Origin: Candidatus Harrisonbacteria bacterium RIFCSPLOWO2_01_FULL_44_18
Lineage (GTDB): Bacteria; Patescibacteriota; Minisyncoccia; UBA6257; WO2-44-18
DNA: 64,000 nucleotides
Direction of reading: 5' to 3'
NCBI GenBank assembly: GCA_001817915.1
Contig: MHJJ01000014.1
Span: 3,695 to 67,694 of the forward strand
Made by a program: the position numbers and the translations under genes. Each line of letters begins with the position of its first letter. The stretch's first letter is position 1. This document shows, in pieces, positions 33,224-40,972 of this stretch. The notes under the pieces were generated by a model. The model saw nothing but the letters and a program-made list of their open reading frames with translations. It ran no database searches and was not told the DNA's origin.

Positions 33224-34957
33224 ATGAAAGATCAAGACCTCTTAAAATCTTTAATCGAAGCCGGTTTTTTAACTTCCGATCAGGAAGATAAGATTTCCAA
33301 AGAATCAGCCGTTCTTCATAAAAGCGCCGAAGATATTATTTACGGCCGGCATTTGGTTGATGAAGCCGAGGTGGCGAAAATAAAAAGCCGGCTGTTGGGC
33401 GTTCCTTATAAAAAAGTTGATGTTGATGAGCTAGGCGACGAGCTTTTGGGTTTAATCCCGGAAGAAACCGCCCGGACTTATAAAGTTTTTCCGATTTCTC
33501 GGACAAAAGATTTGCTGGTGGTAGGGATGCTTCATCCGGACGATCCGAAGGCCCAAGAAGCCCTTCGTTTTATCGCTAAACAATCGCGCGTCAGTCTCGG
33601 GATTTATTTGGTGACGCCCTCCGACGTGGAATTAGTTTCGCGAAAATACGCTCCTTATAAAAGCGAGGTTCAGGCCGCGCTGCAGTCTTTAAATATAAAA
33701 CCCGGCCAAGGCGTTTCTTCTTTTCAGAGAGTGATAAAACTGGAAGAAGCGGCCGCCGCCGCCGAAGAGGCGCCGGTTATTAGAATTGTAGCTTCGACTC
33801 TGCGCGAAGCGGTTAACGCCAACGCTTCCGACATTCACATTGAGCCGCAGCGCGCTCGGTTAAGAATCAGATTTCGGCTCGATGGCGATCTGCAGGAGGT
33901 TTCTTCTTTGCCCATAGAACTTCATCAGCCCATAATTTCCCGAATTAAAATTTTATCCAGTTTGAAAATTGATGAAACGCGCGTTCCTCAAGACGGGCGT
34001 TTTAGGACTGTTATTTATGACCGCGAGATAGATTTTCGCGTTTCCACTTTTCCGACGCCGGCCGGCGAAAAAGCGGCTCTGCGGGTTCTTGACCCGACTA
34101 TCGGTTTGCGAAGTCTTGATGATTTGGGTTTGATCGGAAGAAATTTAGACATCGCTAAGGAAGCAATTGAAAAACCTTACGGCATGGTCTTGATTACCGG
34201 TCCGACCGGATCCGGCAAAACAACAACGCTTTACGCTTTGATGCAGGTTCTTAATAAAGAAAGCGTCAATGTCGTGAGCCTTGAAGACCCGGTGGAATAT
34301 ACGATTGACGGCGTCAATCAATCGCAGGTTCGTCCGGAGATCGGCTATGATTTTGCCTCGGGCCTGCGCCAGATTTTGCGCCAAGATCCGGACATTATGA
34401 TGGTCGGCGAGATTCGCGACAGCGAAACCGCCGCTTTGGCGATTCACGCGGCTCTGACGGGGCACATCGTGCTTTCAACTTTGCATACCAATAATGCCGT
34501 CGCCGTTATTCCGCGCTTAACAGATATGAAAGTCGAGCCGTTTTTATTGCCGAGTTCTTTAAATTTAATGATATCTCAACGTTTGGTTTCTCGGCTTTGC
34601 CAGCGCTGTAAAAAAGCCGAGGATCCCTCGCCGAAAATTCTGGAAGAAATTAAAAAAGAAATTGAGAAACTTCCGGCCGTTGTCAGGGTCAAGTACCGGG
34701 AACCGTATAAAATTCATCATTCGCCGGGATGCAAGTTCTGCAATAACAAGGGGTTTGTCGGCCGAATAGCCCTGTTTGAAGTTCTTCAGATGACTCCGGA
34801 ATTGGCGGAGATAATAGCCGCCGGGATCAATGAGGCAAAAATTTTAGCCGAAGCCAAGCGGCAAGGGATGATTAGTTTGCGCCAGGACGGCGTGGTAAAA
34901 GCGCTAGACGGTTTGGTGAGCGTGGAAGAAGTATTAAGAGAAACAGAAGAACTGTGA
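33224..34957 (+). CDS. pilB: type IV pilus assembly ATPase PilB (GspE family)
   Basis: Walker A GPTGSGKTTTLYA, Asp box, His box and a tetracysteine motif (CQRC...CKFC). Confidence 0.9.
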   Translation: MKDQDLLKSLIEAGFLTSDQEDKISKESAVLHKSAEDIIYGRHLVDEAEVAKIKSRLLGVPYKKVDVDELGDELLGLIPEETARTYKVFPISRTKDLLVVGMLHPDDPKAQEALRFIAKQSRVSLGIYLVTPSDVELVSRKYAPYKSEVQAALQSLNIKPGQGVSSFQRVIKLEEAAAAAEEAPVIRIVASTLREAVNANASDIHIEPQRARLRIRFRLDGDLQEVSSLPIELHQPIISRIKILSSLKIDETRVPQDGRFRTVIYDREIDFRVSTFPTPAGEKAALRVLDPTIGLRSLDDLGLIGRNLDIAKEAIEKPYGMVLITGPTGSGKTTTLYALMQVLNKESVNVVSLEDPVEYTIDGVNQSQVRPEIGYDFASGLRQILRQDPDIMMVGEIRDSETAALAIHAALTGHIVLSTLHTNNAVAVIPRLTDMKVEPFLLPSSLNLMISQRLVSRLCQRCKKAEDPSPKILEEIKKEIEKLPAVVRVKYREPYKIHHSPGCKFCNNKGFVGRIALFEVLQMTPELAEIIAAGINEAKILAEAKRQGMISLRQDGVVKALDGLVSVEEVLRETEEL

Positions 34958-35108
34958 TATAATTAACGAAGTAATCGCGAACAACGCGAACCTATGCAAA
35001 ATAATGCTAATAATTTATTCGCGTTATTTCGAATCAAATTAGCATTATTCACGATTACTCCGATTCGTGTTATTTTGAAACAAATTAGCATTATTCGCGA
35101 TTACTCCG
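34958..35108 (+). repeat. 145-bp structured intercistronic element, copy 2 (pilB stop to pilT start)
   Basis: About 95 % identical to copy 1. Confidence 0.85.
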
Positions 35109-36182
35109 ATGGACGATTACAAACAAAAACTAGATGAATTACTGTTGACTACGGCGAAACAGAACGCTTCGGATCTTCATTTGGCCGTCGGTCGCCGTCC
35201 GACTTTAAGGATTGACGGCGCTTTAGTGCCTTTGCAAAAAGAGACGATATTAACTCCCGAGTCAGCCGAGGGTTTGATCAGCGCCTTTTTAACGCCGGAG
35301 CAAAAGGAAGAATTTCTAAAAAATAAGGAGCACGATCTTTCCTATTCTTTTGAAGACAAAGCCCGGTTTCGCGTCAATGTTTTTTATCAGCGGGGATTTA
35401 TGGCCGCCGCTTTGCGCTTGATACCGGCTCAAATAAGGACAGTCGAAGAACTTAATTTGCCGCCAGTCTTGCACGATTTTACCCGTCTTTCTCAAGGTTT
35501 TGTTTTACTTGTCGGTCCGGCCGGCCACGGCAAATCTACAACGATGGCCGCGCTGGCGGATGAAATCAATCATCAGCGCACCGCTCATATCATTAGCATT
35601 GAAGATCCCATTGAGTATTTATTTTCTCAAGATCGGAGCATTATTTCTCAAAGAGAGGTGAGAAATGATACGCCGGATTTTCACAAAGCGCTCCGTTCTG
35701 TTTTAAGACAAGACCCGGATGTGGTGATAATCGGCGAAATGCGCGACCCGGAGTCAATCTCAACGGCGCTGACGGCCGCCGAAACCGGCCACTTGGTTTT
35801 TTCAACGCTTCATACCAATTCCGCCTCCCAAACGATAGATAGAATTATTGATAGTTTTCCGCCCGCCCAACAGAGCCAGATTACATCTCAATTATCCGCC
35901 ACATTAGTCGGCATTGTTTCTCAACGTTTAATTCCGCGGGTTGACGGCGGCCGTATGCCGGCTTGCGAAGTAATGCTCGTTAATTCGGCGATCAGAAATT
36001 TGATCCGCGAGAGAAAGGCGTATCAAATTGATTTGGTGATTGAAACCAGCATGCAGGAAGGAATGTTAACTCTTAACCGTTCTTTAATCGGTTTGGTGAA
36101 AAAGAGGCAGATTTCAATTGAAAACGCGGAGCTTTATTCATTGAACCCGAGCGAGTTGAGGATATTATTGGAGAGAACATAA
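35109..36182 (+). CDS. pilT: twitching motility ATPase PilT
   Basis: Walker A GPAGHGKSTTMAA; PilT-type retraction ATPase blocks. Confidence 0.9.
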   Translation: MDDYKQKLDELLLTTAKQNASDLHLAVGRRPTLRIDGALVPLQKETILTPESAEGLISAFLTPEQKEEFLKNKEHDLSYSFEDKARFRVNVFYQRGFMAAALRLIPAQIRTVEELNLPPVLHDFTRLSQGFVLLVGPAGHGKSTTMAALADEINHQRTAHIISIEDPIEYLFSQDRSIISQREVRNDTPDFHKALRSVLRQDPDVVIIGEMRDPESISTALTAAETGHLVFSTLHTNSASQTIDRIIDSFPPAQQSQITSQLSATLVGIVSQRLIPRVDGGRMPACEVMLVNSAIRNLIRERKAYQIDLVIETSMQEGMLTLNRSLIGLVKKRQISIENAELYSLNPSELRILLERT

Positions 36183-36331
36183 CGAAGTAATCGCGAACAA
36201 CGCGAACCTATGCAAAATAATGCGAATACTGTTAACGGAGCAATCGCTAATAATGCGAATTTTGGCAAAATAATGCTAATAATTTATTCGCGTTATTTTG
36301 AATCAGATTAGCATTATTAGCGATTACTTCG
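36183..36331 (+). repeat. structured intercistronic element, copy 3 (variant; pilT stop to pilC start)
   Basis: Same 5' block taacgaagtaatcgcgaacaacgcgaacctatgcaaaataatgc and same 3' block aatgctaataatttattcgcgttattttgaatcagattagcattatt. The central segment is diverged. Confidence 0.8.
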
Positions 36332-37540
36332 ATGAAATATAGATACAGCGCCAGAACTAAAGTTGGGGATTTGCAGGTGGGATTTGTCGAGGCCGTTAAT
36401 CGCGACGCCGCGGCCAATATTTTAATTAGCCACGATCTTTTTGTTTTGAGTTTGGAATCGGCGGAGGCGTCAAGGTGGTTTGGCTGGATTTTGGGTTTTT
36501 TCCGACGAGTAAAAAAGATTGACCTGATGATTTTTACCCGCCAATTCGCCACCATGCTTGAAGCAAAAATTCCCTTAGGCGATTCCCTGAAAAGTCTTTA
36601 CGCTCAAACTAAGAATGTCGCTTTGAAAGAAACAATTTTTGAAATTTCTTCGGATATTGACGCCGGCCTTTCGCTTTCTCAATCTTTAAGCCGCCACGCC
36701 AATATCTTTTCGGAATTTTACATTAATTTGGTGCAGGCTTCGGAAGTGACCGGCCGCATTGAAGAGGCGGTTGGTTTTTTGGCAGACTATCTAGACAAGG
36801 AAATCTCTTTATTGGGACGCGTCCGCAGCGCCCTTATCTATCCGGTTTTTGTTATCGGCTTATTCATAGTCGTGGTTGGCGTTATGGTCGGCACGGTCTT
36901 CCCTCAGCTTTTGCCGATTTTTGAGGAGTCGGCGGCGGAGCTGCCTTTAATCACCAGCCTGCTTTTAAATTCCGGAAATTTCATCGCTGATTGGTGGTTG
37001 GCGATTCTGGTTATTCTGGCAATTCTTATCACTGTTTTGGTTGATTATTTCCGCACCGAAGAGGGCAGAATTATTCAGGATCAGTTGCTTATTAACACAC
37101 CGGTTGTGGGAGGCTTATTTAGAAAAATGTATGTCGCGAGATTCGCGGAGGCGGTCAGCGTTTTAATAAAAGGAGGAATTCCGATTGCTCAAGCAATGGA
37201 AATAAGCAGTCATACTGTTGGAAGTTTTGTTTATCGCGAGGCATTGCATGAGGTGGCGGAAGCTATCCGCGGGGGCGAGTTGCTGTCGCAAGCCTTGTCG
37301 CGCGACACGAATTATTTTCCGCCGATCGTCAGCCAAATGGTGGCGGTAGGCGAACGCACCGGCAAGCTGGACGAGATGTTTGGACGCGTAGCCAAATTTT
37401 ATACGCGCGAGGTTGATGCCACAGTGGGTAATTTAGTAGAATTAGTTCAGCCGACTCTTATGGTGGTTATCGGCTTAGGAGTGGGATTGCTTTTTGCGGC
37501 TGTATTGTTACCGATTTACAATTTGGCAGCAACATTTTAG
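36332..37540 (+). CDS. pilC: type IV pilus platform protein PilC (GspF family)
   Basis: Two GspF repeats and 3 TM segments; C-terminal end LLPIYNLAATF. Confidence 0.9.
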   Translation: MKYRYSARTKVGDLQVGFVEAVNRDAAANILISHDLFVLSLESAEASRWFGWILGFFRRVKKIDLMIFTRQFATMLEAKIPLGDSLKSLYAQTKNVALKETIFEISSDIDAGLSLSQSLSRHANIFSEFYINLVQASEVTGRIEEAVGFLADYLDKEISLLGRVRSALIYPVFVIGLFIVVVGVMVGTVFPQLLPIFEESAAELPLITSLLLNSGNFIADWWLAILVILAILITVLVDYFRTEEGRIIQDQLLINTPVVGGLFRKMYVARFAEAVSVLIKGGIPIAQAMEISSHTVGSFVYREALHEVAEAIRGGELLSQALSRDTNYFPPIVSQMVAVGERTGKLDEMFGRVAKFYTREVDATVGNLVELVQPTLMVVIGLGVGLLFAAVLLPIYNLAATF

Positions 37541-37546
37541 GATTTC

Positions 37547-37599
37547 GATTCCCGAAACCGATAGTGGATTTCGGGAATCCAGCGGATTCCCGAAATCCC
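37547..37599. promoter_or_regulatory. GATTCCCGAAATC palindrome cluster upstream of major pilin gene
   Basis: gattcccgaaaccgatagtggatttcgggaatc and ggattcccgaaatcc. Same motif family as at 14704-14811. Confidence 0.5.
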
Positions 37600-37640
37600 A
37601 AATTTAGGACTTATTATTGAAATATGCTATACTTAAATAT

Positions 37641-38111
37641 ATGAAAAAGGGTTTTACTTTAATTGAAGTTTTAATCGTTGTTTCCATCATTGGACTTTTG
37701 GCTTCGGTGATTTTGGTCGGCTTAGGCGGCTTTCGAGCGCGCGGCCGAGACGCTCGCCGAGTGGCGGATTTAAGACAAGCCCAGAATGGTTTGGAACTTT
37801 ATTACACTAAATTTGGCGTTTACCCTGATTCAACTACTTGGCAGACATTGGGCGGCGCCTTAATTAGCGCGGGAATCGGAGTTAATGCCGTTCCTAACGA
37901 TCCTACTGCCAACTGGAATTATGGGTATTGCCGCTTCAATACCGACAGTTATGTGGTGGCGGCTTATTCGGAAGACATCGGCAATCCAAATTTGAAGCAA
38001 TATCCGCAAGCCACGACTTTTCCTTGCGATCCCGTTCTTTCCGGAACTCCGGGAAATCCCAGCTGCAGCAAAGAAGGCACAGTCACCAATAAATTTTGCT
38101 TAATATTTTAA
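37641..38111 (+). CDS. pilA: type IV pilin (major pilin, PilA-like)
   Basis: Prepilin leader MKKG|FTLIEVLIVVSIIGLLASV, with a C-terminal Cys pair (CDP...PSC). Confidence 0.8.
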   Translation: MKKGFTLIEVLIVVSIIGLLASVILVGLGGFRARGRDARRVADLRQAQNGLELYYTKFGVYPDSTTWQTLGGALISAGIGVNAVPNDPTANWNYGYCRFNTDSYVVAAYSEDIGNPNLKQYPQATTFPCDPVLSGTPGNPSCSKEGTVTNKFCLIF

Positions 38112-39010
38112 TAATTCAATCCGTTTTGCCATCTGTTTTTTTATTTGTTTTTGGCCTTGGCATCGGTAGTTTTTTGAATGTTGTGGTTTTGCGTTACCAA
38201 GTTAACCAGCGGCTTTTTGATTTTAAAATCATTGGCGGCCGCTCTTACTGCCCGTTTTGTCAAAAAAAATTATCTTGGTATGAGTTAATCCCGCTGGCGA
38301 GTTTTTTGATTCAAAAAGGCCGCTGCCGGAGTTGCGGTCAGAAGATCTCTTGGCAATATCCGCTGGTTGAATTAGCAACCGGTTTGGCTTTCGCGTTTAT
38401 TCCAAATTATCTATACAAATTCTACGGCGTAGCAACAACGCTTTTAGCCAATCAAACAATAGCTTGGTATTATCTCTTGTTGGTAATCTGGATTTTAGCG
38501 GCCTTGGCTTTAATTTTGCTTTCGGTAATTGATTTCCGGCTTTCGATAATTCCCGATCAGATAAATTTATTCTTGGGTCTTTTGGGAATCGCGTCCATTT
38601 TTATAAAAGATCTTTTTGATAAATTCGGCCTGTTGGAAGGGTCGTTTCTAAAAAATTACGCTTTATTTTTCGGATTACGGGATAATATCTGGCTCAATCA
38701 TTTGTTTGCCGCGTTTTTGGCGGCGGCGATTTTTGGCGCGATAATTTTTTTGAGCCGCGGACGAGGAATGGGGATGGGGGATTTAAAATTAGGAACGGCG
38801 CTTGGCTTGTTGTTGGGCTGGCCGGATATTTTATTGGCGTTGATTCTGGCGTTTGTTATCGGCGGAATTTTTGGCGCGGCTCTGATTTTGACTCGCAAAA
38901 AAACTATGAAAAGCAGTATTCCATTCGGCCCATTTATAGTTGCGGGCGTTTTTTTGGCAATCTTTTTCGGCCATCAAATTCTGGAATGGTACCTACATTT
39001 ATTGAATTGA
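38096..39010 (+). CDS. pilD: prepilin peptidase (A24 family)
   Basis: N-terminal CPFC...CRSC zinc motif and polytopic membrane domains with conserved Asp residues. Confidence 0.85.
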   Translation: MLNILIIQSVLPSVFLFVFGLGIGSFLNVVVLRYQVNQRLFDFKIIGGRSYCPFCQKKLSWYELIPLASFLIQKGRCRSCGQKISWQYPLVELATGLAFAFIPNYLYKFYGVATTLLANQTIAWYYLLLVIWILAALALILLSVIDFRLSIIPDQINLFLGLLGIASIFIKDLFDKFGLLEGSFLKNYALFFGLRDNIWLNHLFAAFLAAAIFGAIIFLSRGRGMGMGDLKLGTALGLLLGWPDILLALILAFVIGGIFGAALILTRKKTMKSSIPFGPFIVAGVFLAIFFGHQILEWYLHLLN

Positions 39011-39057
39011 TTTTGGGTTTGATTTTTGATGATTGAATGCGGGGTGTTTATTTCTGT

Positions 39058-39143
39058 TCACTACTATCTCATAAGATAGTGATAAGATAGCGATGCTTAG
39101 AGTATTTGTTTATGCTTACCACTATCTCGCGAGATAGTGGTGG
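39058..39143. promoter_or_regulatory. pair of palindromic operators (CACTATCTC...GAGATAGTG)
   Basis: actatctcataagatagt inverted repeat and the perfect 20-bp palindrome cactatctcgcgagatagtg. Confidence 0.5.
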
Positions 39144-39330
39144 GTGTGAAATACCATGATTTCACGTAATGGTCATATACGATTACCGCGAAAAATCCAC
39201 AGCCAACATTAGGTAAATTCGGTTTCGGCTATGACTGCGATGTCAAATCTTGTCGACAAAATCGCCAAGAGCAATATGGTTCCGAGCGACCCCGCGCAAT
39301 AATAGGCGGCGATGCGGAATCTAACGCCAA

Positions 39331-39362
39331 TCAAGCGCTTGTGGAAACACAAGCGCTTTTTA
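39331..39362 (+). terminator. rho-independent terminator ahead of minor pilin gene
   Basis: aagcgcttgtggaaacacaagcgctt hairpin followed by TTTT. Confidence 0.55.
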
Positions 39363-39399
39363 TTTGTTTAGTCGCGTGAATTCAGTTAAAATTATAGTA

Positions 39400-39915
39400 A
39401 TGTCTCAAAAAACTTCCGCAGGCTTCACAATTCTTGAAATGCTGGTGATTGTCAGCGTGATGGCTTTGCTTTCGGCGATGCTTTTGGTTTATAACCGCTC
39501 CGGCGAAAAACAGATTTCTTTATTTAAAGAACAAGCCAAAGTGATAAGCGTGATTTTGCGAAGCAAAGCTCTTGCGATTCAGACATTTCAGCAAGCAACG
39601 CCGGGCTGCGGATACGGCGTTCATTTTGAAGCCGGAAAGTATTGGATTTTCCGCGATCTGCCCGATCCGACAACCGGATGCAGCGGCAGTGACAGAAAAT
39701 ATTCCGGTTCGGCCGAGAATTTTGAAGTATTTACGCTGGAGTCCGGACTTTATTTTTCCGAACTGACGCTTTCCGATATTCTTTTTGTGCCGCCAGACCC
39801 GCGAGTATTTTTAAATCCGGATCAAGCCGAAGCAACTATAACCCTTTCCACATCAGATAACGCTTCCCAAGTGAATATAAAAATCAATGACGCCGGACAA
39901 GTTACAACGCAATAA
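39400..39915 (+). CDS. type IV pilin-like protein (minor pilin)
   Basis: Leader MSQKTSAG|FTILEMLVIVSV prepilin cleavage/methylation motif. Confidence 0.65.
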   Translation: MSQKTSAGFTILEMLVIVSVMALLSAMLLVYNRSGEKQISLFKEQAKVISVILRSKALAIQTFQQATPGCGYGVHFEAGKYWIFRDLPDPTTGCSGSDRKYSGSAENFEVFTLESGLYFSELTLSDILFVPPDPRVFLNPDQAEATITLSTSDNASQVNIKINDAGQVTTQ

Positions 39916-40387
39916 CGGCCAGGTGATGGTTGAGGCGATGTTGGCGATTACCATCGCGGTTATCGGGCTTTTGGGGATTTTTTCTTTGGTGTCCAGATCG
40001 TTGAGTCTCAACAGGGTAGTGTTAGACAGATACATCGGAACTTATTTGGCGGCGGAAGGAATTGAAATCGTGAAAAATATGATTGACGCCAATGTTATTC
40101 AGGCCAAGCCCTGGAATGTTGATCTCGCGTCCGGCAGTTACGAAGTTGATTATAATGATTCAACATTACAGCCGGGCAGCAATCGATTTATTTCGCACGA
40201 TTCGGCTAGCGGTTTTTATAGCTATGATTCCGGCGAGCCAACCCGCTTTAAGCGGTCTGTGACCATTGAATATCCGGGCGCGGGCGCGGGCGAGAAAATG
40301 AAAGTTAATTCAGTCGTCAAATGGACCACTCGCGGCGGCGGCAATTTCGAAGTTAATCTTGAAGATCATTTTTTTAACTGGCGATAG
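39887..40387 (+). CDS. type IV pilin-like protein (minor pilin, PilV-like)
   Basis: Leader MTPDKLQRNNG|QVMVEAMLAITIAV, with Glu at +5. Confidence 0.6.
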   Translation: MTPDKLQRNNGQVMVEAMLAITIAVIGLLGIFSLVSRSLSLNRVVLDRYIGTYLAAEGIEIVKNMIDANVIQAKPWNVDLASGSYEVDYNDSTLQPGSNRFISHDSASGFYSYDSGEPTRFKRSVTIEYPGAGAGEKMKVNSVVKWTTRGGGNFEVNLEDHFFNWR

Positions 40388-40444
40388 TATAAGCAGAAAT
40401 ACGCGGATTTATGCAAAAATTAGAAGCGGATACACGCAGAAAAT

Positions 40445-40945
40445 ATGGCAACTAAAAGAAGCGGTTTTACGGTGGTTGAGCTACTCGTGGCAATGACGGT
40501 GTTTGCCGTTGTCATTACGATTGCCACCGGCAGTTTTATTCGGGCTTTAAGAACCCAGCAAGGAACGGCGGCTTTAATCGCGGTTAATGACAATGCCAAT
40601 TTGACTTTAGAACAAATGGCCCGAGAAATTAGAACCGGGCAGAATTTTACTTCGCCAAATCCGCAGCAGCTTGATTTTACCAGCGCCTTAGCGCATCAAA
40701 TTACCTACCGACTGGATTTGATCAATCAAGCGATTGAACGGACAGACAACGGCGTAGCGCGTCCGATTACCGCCAGCAATGTCAAAGTTAAAAAACTATC
40801 TTTTGTTTTGATCGGCGATCAACTTACCGATGGCCGGCCGCCGCGAGTGACGATTACGCTCACGGTCGGAACTGACGCGCGCAATCTTCAAGATGTTACT
40901 GCCACGCTTCAAACAACCGTTAGTTCCAGAATACTCGATGGATAA
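40445..40945 (+). CDS. type IV pilin-like protein (minor pilin)
   Basis: MATKRSG|FTVVELLVAMTVFAVV prepilin motif. Confidence 0.65.
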   Translation: MATKRSGFTVVELLVAMTVFAVVITIATGSFIRALRTQQGTAALIAVNDNANLTLEQMAREIRTGQNFTSPNPQQLDFTSALAHQITYRLDLINQAIERTDNGVARPITASNVKVKKLSFVLIGDQLTDGRPPRVTITLTVGTDARNLQDVTATLQTTVSSRILDG

Positions 40946-40972
40946 ATCGAATGTGTTATAATAAAAATAACG

